A stretch of DNA of 64,000 bases from NCBI GenBank assembly GCA_951406725.2, contig OX597816.1:138694001-138758000 (forward strand), read 5' to 3'. This DNA is from Octopus vulgaris. Its lineage: Eukaryota. Below, piece after piece: positions 53,344 to 64,000 of the stretch. Both the position numbers and the translations under genes were made by a program. Under the pieces are notes generated by a model that saw nothing but the letters and a program-made list of their open reading frames with translations, had not been told where the DNA came from and searched no databases. How positions within the stretch are numbered: position 1 is the stretch's first letter; every line of letters starts with the position of its first letter.

Positions 53344-54460
53344 ATATACGTATGTATGTATGTATGTATGTATGTATGTATGCACGTATGTATGTGTGTG
53401 TATGTACGTGCGTACGCGTGTGCGTGCGCGCGTGTGTGTGTAAGCCTACATTTTATATGATATTTAGTATACAAATATGTTTAGTCACTGTAATATAAGT
53501 AGGTGATTGTCTGATCTTTACTCATCTACAGGGGATTTTCCATGACACTTGTCACTTATATGTAAGACCTGAAAGAGCTGAAAATTAACTACACTATTGG
53601 AAGATCGATGCCATACATCAAACGGTCAAGGAAATGCAGGCCTTGCACGAAAGAAAAGGCAAACACCTTATAAACAATTGAAAACTCAAACACTGCCTAA
53701 AAATCAGATATGAAATGTTCTGTGAATGCCCTCACATAATAAATTCCTCCTATTCCAGTGGAAAAATCTAGCTCTACGAGAGTAGCCTCCAAACACACTC
53801 TGTATTTATCATTTTAACTCCTTTACACGCTTCCCCGTTGCACATACTGGAGAGAGGTTTTTGTGTATCACAGGCCACTCAAGAACATACATATCAGAAG
53901 ATGCATATATGGAAATACACGCTGAGAGATATACAATGGCGTATGCATGTGTTAATCTAAATTTATTTTTTCGAAATTCTCTTCCATTCTCTAAATTCTC
54001 TTTACGGTCGTAATGTATATTTTTGAGGTTAATTTTTGCTGATTTTTTAAAGATTAAGTGATTGCATACAAGCTTCGGCGTTATATGAAACGTATCCTGG
54101 AATTTAGTATATACGACCGAACAGAAGAAACAAACCAATGATATTTGATATGGTGCTCTGTTTAATTTCAATGAAACTTAAATGATATTAGTAACAATAA
54201 GAAAGTGGATGTCAAGAGTAGGAAGTAGTTCATAATGTGTACTAAAACTAGCAGAGTTAGTTGGAAAGAAAGGCTGAGAAGAAATGTGAGAGAAACTCTC
54301 AGCTAGATGGATTATCTTTTTCATTACAGTTTAGTCAGAGAAGGACAACGCCTATAACCCTCTATCTTTAGGGCCTTCGAGATCATTGAGGGAGGACATC
54401 TTAAACTCGTACGAACTTAATAGGGTTTGTTTCGTATGTGTATGCATGCATTTATGTATG

Positions 54461-54494
<34 letters not shown>

Positions 54495-54938
54495 TGTATG
54501 TATGTATGTATGTATGTATGTATGTATACGAACGTACATATACAGAGACTGATTGATAAATAGGTAGATGGATAGATAGATAGATATCTAGATAGATAGG
54601 TAGATAACTTTCTTTATTGGCAACACAGGGCTGGACACAGAGGGGACAATTACAAATTGTCCCCTCTGATAGATAGGTAGATAGATAGGTATGTAGATAG
54701 ATAGATACATACATACATAGAGAGATAAATTAAAGCATCACAACTGTGGTATTATGCATCGAGAATTCGCCCCCAGGCGAATAGTAAGTTATATTCTAAA
54801 ACAGAGATCCGGTATGACTGCTTGCAACAGTGTGGCCCGTATTAAAAGCAAACAAGGAACAGAATTTGTGTTAAAGCAGACTATAATACAGGAGATCAGA
54901 ATGCGATGGGCTGGAACAAAGAGTGTAAGATATGAAAA

Positions 54939-55445
54939 TACGAGGCGGTATCAAAAAGGTTCCGGACTAGTTACGTTTAAAAAAATAAAAAACATTTCTT
55001 TACATAAGTTTTAACATCTTCTCCGTCGAAATAGTCACCTTGCGCAGCGATATACCGATCCCAGTGTTCCTGCCACTTTTGTAATCCGCCCTGGAAATCA
55101 TTTTCCGTAAGCGAGTCGAGGACCTTTTGCGATCCACTCTGGATCTCGAGAACGGTGTTAAAGCGGCGGAGCTGCATTTTCATTTTGGGGAAGAAATAGA
55201 AGTCTGGCGAATAGTGCGGATGCAGAAGCGATGCCATCTTGGTTTGGGCCAGAAACTCACGAGTGAGGAGAGCTCGGTGACAGGATATATTGTCGTCGTA
55301 AAGAATCCAATTCTTCGCGCTCAACAGATCCGGTCGCTTCCGCCCAATGTCCTCCCTCAAACGCCTCAAAACGTCGAAATAGAACTCACGATTGACAGTT
55401 TGGCCCGGGGGGCGAATTCTCGATGCATAATACCACAGTTGTGAT
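54939..55445 (-). mobile_element. Mariner transposase 3' relic with TIR and TA
   Basis: GIMHREFAP..GQTVNREFYFDVLRRLREDIGRKRPDL..WILYDDN..HPHYSPD..FFPKMK..WDRYIAAQGDYFDG; terminus TA|CGAGGCGGTATCAAAAAGGTTCCGGACT. Confidence 0.9.
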
Positions 55446-55763
55446 GCTTTAATTTACCTCTCTATCTATGTATGTATGTATCTATCTATCTATCTACTTA
55501 CCTATCTATCTAGATATCTATCTATCTATTCATCTACCTATTTATCAATCAGTCTCTGTATATGTATGTTCGCATACATACATACATACATACATACATA
55601 CATACATACATACATACATACATACATACATACATACATACATACATTGATAAATTCATGCATACACATACGCAACAAACCATATTAAGTTCGTACGAGT
55701 TTAAGATGGAGACGCTAGAGTGGGTTAGTAACAGAATACAGAAGATAGAAAGAAAGAAAGGAA

Positions 55764-55801
<38 letters not shown>

Positions 55802-56209
55802 ATGAAATAAATAAAGAAAGAAAGATCAAGGTAAGATGGGAAGAGGGATAAAAATAATCTGGATATATACAGCTTGTGTGGGAGAAAAAGAAATAAACAG
55901 AGAGCGTAAGCATGAGAGAGAGGTGAGTGTAGATAAGAACACAAAAACAAACATGGTTATTGTTGTTGGTGTTTTTGTTGTAGCTAGCTGTTTTTCTTTC
56001 TATATCTCCTAGTGAACTCAATGGCCAGAAGATCAGAGGTATCACTCTTTGATATATTTTGCCAGTAGAGGGCAGTACACAGATCTTAAAGAAACAAACA
56101 CCGATTTTCTTTTTCGAAACTTCCCAACTAGATTTTGTTTTAGCTTCTTATTTATTTATTATGTCTGTGTATAATGTGAATATATGTATATAAGAATACA
56201 GAAACACAC

Positions 56210-56245
<36 letters not shown>

Positions 56246-56361
56246 TGACATACATACACACATACAAACACATGTATATGGGTATATATACACATATACG
56301 TATGTCCATAATTCTGTGTGTGTGCTTCTGTGAGAATATATATATACATATATATATATAT

Positions 56362-56411
<50 letters not shown>

Positions 56412-56419
56412 ATATAGAT

Positions 56420-56464
<45 letters not shown>

Positions 56465-56530
56465 TATATACATGGATGGACGAATGTATTTGTATATACA
56501 TATATCCACACAAATATGTGTGTGTTTTTG

Positions 56531-56562
<32 letters not shown>

Positions 56563-56855
56563 TATTTATAGATAGATGAACAGCTACACACATGCATAAT
56601 ACATACATACACACATACATATATATATATATGTATATATGTATATTTTATATCATATATGTGTACTGTATATGTGCGAATATGTCTGTGTGTGTGTGTG
56701 TGTGTGTGTTACTGTGTGAACGTATATCTATATACCTTTCTCCATATTGGTATGAGTGTAATGTGTATGCGATTTACTTCTTGTGCGCATGTGAGTGCGC
56801 GTGCCTCTGTGCCTGCAAGCACACGTGTGTATGTGTGTGTCTGCATGGGTATCCC

Positions 56856-56892
<37 letters not shown>

Positions 56893-57457
56893 ATATAGTA
56901 AAAACAAATGAAAGAGCTGAAAGAAACTGAGGAAAATGGGCAGGCAATCGCAAGTAATTTTTCTTCTTTTCTCTTCGTAAATTTTGCTTCACTTGACAGT
57001 GAGTGAATACTTTGAAATATCTCTCGTCTCCGAGACTATGTTTATACTGACAGGCTCTTTCTGTCTGTCTGTCTGTCTGTCTCTCTGTCTGCCAGTATGT
57101 ATGTATGTATGTAAGGGTATTTGTGTATGTATGAATGTATGTAAGGGTATTTGTGTATGTATGAATGTATGTAAGTGTATTTGTGTGTGTGTGTGCGTGT
57201 ATTGGGTGAGAGGTGTGACAGATATATGTATATACATACACATGCACATACACACTCAGTCATAAACCTTACTGAATACCCCGTATGCACATAGAGTTGC
57301 GGACAATGTCCACACACACACACACACACACACGCACACGTATATACATACATACAAAAATACACACACATATATGTGTGTGTGTGTGTATTTATATATG
57401 TACAAGTACATACACTTGTACATTATATACATATATGTGTGTGTGTATGTATGTATG

Positions 57458-57488
<31 letters not shown>

Positions 57489-57511
57489 CATATATATATG
57501 GCGTTATTTAT

Positions 57512-57572
<61 letters not shown>

Positions 57573-57573
57573 G

Positions 57574-57632
<59 letters not shown>

Positions 57633-59228
57633 CGTTTGTCGAGTTGGCGGTGAAATGTGTTTATGGTAGTGCGTATTTGAGTTAGGAATGCATTGATGTG
57701 AATATCTGTGGAAGACGTTATGTCAACTGCTGAAGTTATCAGCGAGAGAATACATAATTCACAGTTGCAATTCTTTACTCGTGAAAGTTTACACTACGTT
57801 TATTCTATATTTCATCAACGTTCTCATGGTTAGACACAGTATATCCATTGATAGTGCTGCTGCACCGCACAGCGAAAGGGAGCCAAATAGAAAGACTACG
57901 AAGGAAGAAAAAGCAGGAAGGTAAGAAGGTAAGCGAGGTAGGAAGAAATAGTGAAGGAAAAGAAGAACATATGGGAGGAAAGTAACAACATGGAAATAAT
58001 AATGGATGTTGGTTGGCAGAGAAGATCGTAATTGTACACATGAAGAAGGGTTTACACAGATCATGTGGTCATCAACCAAACATAAGCTCACAATTGTTTT
58101 CTACCTCACAGCTCAGTTCAGTTGATTAAATCTTTTGCAATGAAGCAAAAGATTAAATCGCATGCGTGGTATCCATAGAAACGAAATGATGATGATAATG
58201 TATATATATGGATTGGAAGATTGATCAAGTTTGCAAGTTAACCAATCTATTATTCAAATCCGACCAAATTTAAATCCAGTGTTGTTTGTTATAATAGTCT
58301 TAATTCAACTGGATTAATTAGTTAAAGGTATAACTACATTTAGTGATTTCCTATGTTTGGAAGGTCTTCCACAGTGATCAATCATCCTTTTTTGCTCCTT
58401 GGTTCTTGTTAATGGCAATTAACTGAGCGAACTAACGACAGGAATTGCATCTTCGCAAAGCATTGCAGGCAATCTTCCGACCGAAGCAAGGAAATAGTTT
58501 CAAGTGAATTTTTCCCCTCAGTTTCTCATACTTTCCTATCGGTCACTACTTCTGGTACAAGAGTTATATTCCTTTTCCTTCTTTTTTTTCCTTTTCCTTT
58601 TTTTTTTTCTGCCTCGGTGATTTGAGAGCAAATTTGAATTCAGGAGATGCAGAACCAGAACAAACACAGTAAGGCATCTTCTTTGACGTTCTCACAATTC
58701 TGTCATTCGCAACCCCAAACTGGTATTTTATTCATCGTCCTCAAAAAGACGAAACTAAAACTAACATCGATAATATCTAAACTCAGTGTGTAGAGTTCGG
58801 AGCAAGCTCTGTTGAGCATTCTTTCCAGTGATATAACAAATCTACCAATTCGCAATCGATACAAAGAATGCAATAAGTGAGGTTTTCCTTGAATGTATTT
58901 TAAGGAACTTGACACATATAGTTACCACCAATATACTCTAGAAGAACTCTGCTGCAGATTTATATCCACGTATCGATAAGTACTCCTGCATGAGATAAGC
59001 CTACAATGGAACTTAAGTACTCGACGTACAGGAAATAACAGCGTAATTTCCTTCATTTCATCGACCAACTGGATAGTGTATTCATAAATTTATAGAAGAT
59101 GATCATGGGTGGAAGGTTTGCTGGATCAGAGCTGATTTACGGTTCTACACCAACAGCAACGGTAAACAACAAGAACAACATCAGTAACAACAACACAACC
59201 ATCAACAACAGCAGCACCACCAGCCACA

Positions 59229-59583
59229 GGAGGCGCAATGGCCCAGTGGTTAGGGCAGCGGACTCGCGGTCGGAGGATCGCGGTTTCGATTCCCAAACCG
59301 GGCGTTGTGTGTGTTTATTGAGTGAAAACACCTAAAGCTCCACGAAGCTCCGGCAGGGGGAGGTGTCAACCCCTGTTGTACTATTCGCCCCAACTTCCTC
59401 TCACTCTTTCTTCCTGTTTCTTGTCCCCGACTTCCTACGCAACCGCTGAGCCTGGATGCTCATTCATCCATCCGTCGATGCTCTCGGTGTCGGGGGTTGA
59501 CCTGCTTTCTCTTCTGCGGGTCTTACGAATAGCAAAGGACCACGTTTCGGACTTCTCCCACTGGGACGAAGACCGCTTCGCTC
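59229..59583 (+). mobile_element. tRNA-derived SINE (family C), full length
   Basis: GGAGGCGCAATGGCCCAGTGGTTAGGGCAGCGGACTCGCGGTC..GGTTTCGATTCCC head; CAA/CAG-type tail. Confidence 0.82.
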
Positions 59584-60136
59584 AACAGCAACAGCAACCA
59601 GCAACAACAACAATAGCAACAGTAGCGGCGGCGGCGGCAGAAACAACCTATCTAGATATGTAGCGAAACCGTGCTGAAATACTGCTGAAATATTGTAAAA
59701 TTTAGTTGGCAGTCTTTATAAAATACCGAAACATTTTTAGCGATATTATAACGCGACAGGGAAAAAGGGAGAGACGAGATAGAACTGGAGTTGAAAATCT
59801 CCAAAGCTAACAACAACTTTCCACCAACCTCACGTCAATATATGACACCTAGTTGTCAAAATATCCAGTAGCGTGTCATTCCGATTCTTTTATTGCTGCC
59901 ACAAAAACATAAATCTAGCAAAAATAAAATAAAAGAAAAGAAAATAACAAGCATTGGTGCTAAGAGATTTCCTCAACAATATATAATATAGTACTCACAA
60001 TGTTCCAGCTTTCTGAACCAGTCTTAAAAACATGTGGCTTAGAATAAAATTGCCCACCTTACGATGTTGTGCAAGAAAGTGTCGGCCCTTGAGTCACATT
60101 TATAGCCTACACTGCTTTACGCTATATTTGTGACTG

Positions 60137-60380
60137 GAGGTGCGTGGCTTTGTGGTTAAGTATGTTGAATTCGTGATCGTAAGATTGTGGTTACGATTCT
60201 TGTAGCGGGCGTTGAGTTGTGCTGTGAACCAAAATACTTCATTTCACATTACTCCAGTCCACTCAGCTGGCAAAAATGAGTAATCCTGCAATGGACGGGC
60301 ATCCCGTCCAGGTGGGGGAACATATACGCCATGGAAATTGGGAAAACCGGCCCTGTGAGTCAATATGACTATAGAACGAT
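60137..60380 (+). mobile_element. Family D-related SINE
   Basis: GAGGTGCGTGGCTTTGTGGTTAAG head; CCAGTCCACTCAGCTG..CTGCAATGGACGGGCATCCCGTCCAGG body. Confidence 0.7.
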
Positions 60381-60408
60381 CTTTATTGAAGTTATATTTA
60401 TCCCATAA

Positions 60409-60584
60409 CTTACATGTTTCAGTCATTTGTTTGCGCCCATCCTGGAGCACCGCCATTAGTCGAGCAAATAGTTTAATACTTATTCTATCGGTCTCCTTTG
60501 CCGAACCACTAATTTACGGGGACACAAACATAGCAATATCGGTTGTCAAGCGATGGTGGGAGGACAAGCACAGATATATAAACA

Positions 60585-60642
<58 letters not shown>

Positions 60643-60859
60643 TACATATATATATATTATATACATACAATGGGCTTCTTTCAGTTTCTGTCTACCAAAT
60701 CCACTCACAAAGCTTTGGTCGGCCAGAGACTATAGTAGAAGACGTTTGTCCAAGGTGCCACGCAGTGGGACTGAACCTGGAACCATGTGATTGGTAAGCA
60801 AGCTACTTACCACACACCCACTCCTGCGCCCATTCTTACCATACAGCTACTCCTGCGCC
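60409..60859 (-). mobile_element. Family A SINE with tandemly duplicated 5' end
   Basis: Reverse complement of family A; CTTACCA..CTCCTGCGCC occurs twice, ending at 60830 and 60859. Confidence 0.82.
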
Positions 60860-60934
60860 TATATATGTGTGTTTGCGTGTGTGTGGGTGTTTGTGTGGAA
60901 AAAACTGGCATTCTGTCGTTTAAGATTACAAAGG

Positions 60935-61215
60935 TTCCGGTTGATGCGAGCAATGGAACAGCCTGCGCGTGTAATTAACGTGCAAATGGCTGAGCAGTCC
61001 ACTGATACGTGTACGCTTAACGTGGTCCTCAGGGAGATTCAGCGTGGCACAGAATGTAGCAAGGCTGCCCCTTTGACTTACAGATACAACTTATTTCTAC
61101 CAACTGAGTTAAGTGAGGCACCGTGAAATAAAGTGGCTTACTCAAGGAAACAACCTCGCAAGGGAATCGAACTCATGACCGTAGAATTGTAAGCCGAATA
61201 ACCAAAACACTAACC
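60935..61215 (-). mobile_element. tRNA SINE (family D-related); body also present at ~19690-19810
   Basis: GGGAATCGAACTC B-box complement; shared ACGTGCAA.TGGCT.AGCA..CTTAACGT.GT.CTCAGG block. Confidence 0.6.
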
Positions 61216-61462
61216 TAGGTCACAATAAAATAACAAAGAGAAGAATTGTAATTATTTTAGTCTCTACTACTTACGAAAATTTGCTAAAATATTGTAATGG
61301 TGTATCCAGAATGTTGGAAATCTATATGGTCTTATGCGACCGAGGAGAGCGTTTTTTGGTTTTTGTTTTCAAATTCATGTAATGATTTCAATGATCAATT
61401 AAATGTTATTGCTTGAAACAGCTGTACTGCACTGATAGCTGGACATTCTTGTTACTTATATT

Positions 61463-61511
<49 letters not shown>

Positions 61512-62132
61512 TACTTGGGAATAGGTGCGTAGCGTTCAATTGAATACATAAATAAATAATATATATATATGGGTATGTATATATAGTTATATATATATGG
61601 GCGGAGGAACTCTTGAGTGTCAACGGCCATCCAATAAATGTCTTAAGGATGTATCATGCGCAGGGACATAGAAATAATCGGACTGAATACCCGATCACGT
61701 GGTTAAACCATTGGGAGTGAAGGACTCTTAGCCTTTGTTAGGCCATCCTTCTAGGAGAAGGTAACTCAGGTAACTGGGATAACTCCGACATAAAACCTGC
61801 GGCTCAGTGGTTACCGATGATGTTGACTTGCTCTTCTTTTCGGATTATGGCTTCTGTTGCTTAGTAAGTGGGATTGACTCAGTGCACAGCCTTTCCTCAC
61901 TTTAAAAAAAAAATCTTCTTGCACAGGTATTGCACGATAACAATATTGATTAAGCTTCGTGCAATGGTCATACTCGATAACGAGGTGGCAGCCATCATAT
62001 ATGTGGGTACATGACTCCACGAATAACATACACATGAGAAATAGTTACCAAGACGTGGACTGTAATTACAGGACAAAAATGAGTGAAATACGTAAACAAT
62101 GGGAATGTATATATATATATATATATAATCCT

Positions 62133-62289
62133 TGTGTGGTAAGAAGCTTGCTTCCGAACCACATGGTACCTGGTTCAGTCCCACTGCGTGCTACCTGGGG
62201 TAAGTGTCTTCTACTCTCGTCTCAGACCGACAAAGGCCTTGTGAGTGAAATTGGCAGACGGAAACTGAAAGAACCACGTCGTACATACA

Positions 62290-62337
<48 letters not shown>

Positions 62338-62398
62338 TGTGTGTGTGTGTGTGTTTGTGTGTGTGTAGATATATATATATATATATATATAGATATAT

Positions 62399-62469
<71 letters not shown>

Positions 62470-62690
62470 TGTACTTTTGTCTTTGTGTATGTGTTTGTCC
62501 CCCACCATCGCTTGACAATCGATGTTGGTGTGTTTCTGTCCCCGAAACTTAGCGGTTCGGCGAATTAGACCAATAGAATAAGTACTATGCTCACAAAGAG
62601 TAAGTCTTGAGGTCGATTTCTTCGCCTAAAATGGCCCTTATGGTGGTTCTCCAGCATAGCCGCAGACAAATGACTGAAACAAGTGAAAGA
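62133..62690 (+). mobile_element. Family A SINE with expanded internal (GA)/(TG)/(TA)/(GATA) array
   Basis: Both SINE halves are recognisable around 62285-62490. Confidence 0.85.
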
Positions 62691-62739
62691 ATATATATAT
62701 GTGTGTGTGTATAAATATAAATATATGCGTGTATATTTG

Positions 62740-62772
<33 letters not shown>

Positions 62773-62788
62773 CACCACCACCACTACC

Positions 62789-63019
62789 TATTTCTTTATT
62801 ACCCACAAGGGGCTAAACATAGAGGGGACAAACAAGGACAGACATAGGTAATAAGTCGATTACATCGACCCCAGTGCGTAACTGGTACTTAATTTATCGA
62901 CCTCGAAAGGATGAAAGGCAAAGTCGACCTTGGCGGAATTTGAACTCAGAACGTAACAGCAGACGAAATACGGCTACGCATTTCGCCCGGCGTGCTAACG
63001 ATTCTGCCAGCTCGCCGCC
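62789..63019 (-). mobile_element. Young family B SINE, full length, inside (TAC)n
   Basis: Nearly identical to the 41601-41825 and 3769-3989 copies. Confidence 0.9.
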
Positions 63020-63031
63020 TTACTACTACTA

Positions 63032-63067
<36 letters not shown>

Positions 63068-63618
63068 TTACTACTCACTCGCACACATACTGGAAAAGAT
63101 ATACGTACTAACCTCGAGCAAAAGCAGAAAAAAAAACATAAACCGCACTGAATATACACCTACAATATGCACCCACGCACACACACACATACACACATAT
63201 ACACACAACTATTCTGACTCCGTGTACCAAGCAGCTATATTTATAAATACATTTTTTTTTCATTTTTACACGAATGACATTATGCACTTTCTCATGCACT
63301 CAAGATATTTTCAAACATGTTATTAACCGTATGTAAACACGCAAGCATGCCACCCGCTTACTGTCAGAGCTGTATTTAATGCTTCATTAACACTACCCCA
63401 GTACAGATTAATTACCCGTGAGAAGGCTCGAGTGATGACGGCATAGCCAAGTTTGCTCTTAGACTGCAAATAAATATAGAATTTTTCACAATGACCCCGA
63501 TACTCTTTAGCAGAGACAGTTTAGAGAAAGAGGGTACGAAGGAAATAATATTAAGTCAAGATGGTGTACTTGTGCATGTATGTCTGTATGTTTGTATGTA
63601 TCTCTATATGTACATATC

Positions 63619-63729
<111 letters not shown>

Positions 63730-64000
63730 ATTAATCAATATAGGGTGGCAAAAAATTTTGTAGAATTTTTTTGCCACCAGCAATAGCGGGAAAAAATTAA
63801 ATAGTCATAGACCATTTATAAGTTCAACATCACGATCAAGGAACAGCCATAATAGGCTATTCACCCACTAGAAATAACAGCCAAAGCCTCAACTGCAAAA
63901 TAACATCAATTCCGTAAACAGGAGAAAATTAAAAAAACGTTTACCCTGCAATTTCTTATACGATGCACCGTTTCGTCTACTGTTTAATGGTAAAACTAAC

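Noticed and set aside
53840-53900. HTGER peptide suggesting a C2H2 zinc-finger linker
   Set aside because: No CxxC or HxxxH spacing around it
57095-57635. Higher-order repeats (30-bp unit x3; ATGGCGTTATTT within (TA)n)
   Set aside because: Ordinary slippage duplications within microsatellites
59229-59305. Apparent tRNA gene
   Set aside because: It is the head of a repeated SINE; body and tail follow and no clean cloverleaf is evident

Overview
Very AT-rich, microsatellite-saturated eukaryotic DNA with no recognisable host protein-coding exon. The repeat repertoire suggests a coleoid cephalopod such as Octopus; that is inference. Almost all ORFs in the track are translations of simple repeats. 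The protein-coding signal comes from decayed transposons: a 5'-truncated CR1-type LINE (4835-7436, minus), a near full-length R4/Dong-type RLE LINE (~39590-43640, possibly starting at 38323), further RLE-LINE 3' ends in (TAA)n and (CATA)n arrays, two mariner relics, a Tc1 relic and a piggyBac relic. Non-coding elements include about four tRNA-derived SINE families, three copies of a non-autonomous Helitron, a U6 pseudogene and a truncated tRNA-Gly(GCC) copy. The most interesting signals are: (1) several short elements carrying minimal type-I hammerhead-ribozyme motifs of the Penelope-associated kind, one with an intact core in a TSD-flanked 151-bp insertion; (2) microsatellite-targeting RLE LINEs stacked in (TAA)n; (3) a SINE whose insertions share a GGTA target start; (4) a possible Helitron capture of a piggyBac fragment; (5) a TSD-flanked pre-tRNA-like retrocopy and a U6/retroelement-tail chimera; (6) long near-perfect inverted repeats. 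All calls were made by eye, without searches or folding programs.
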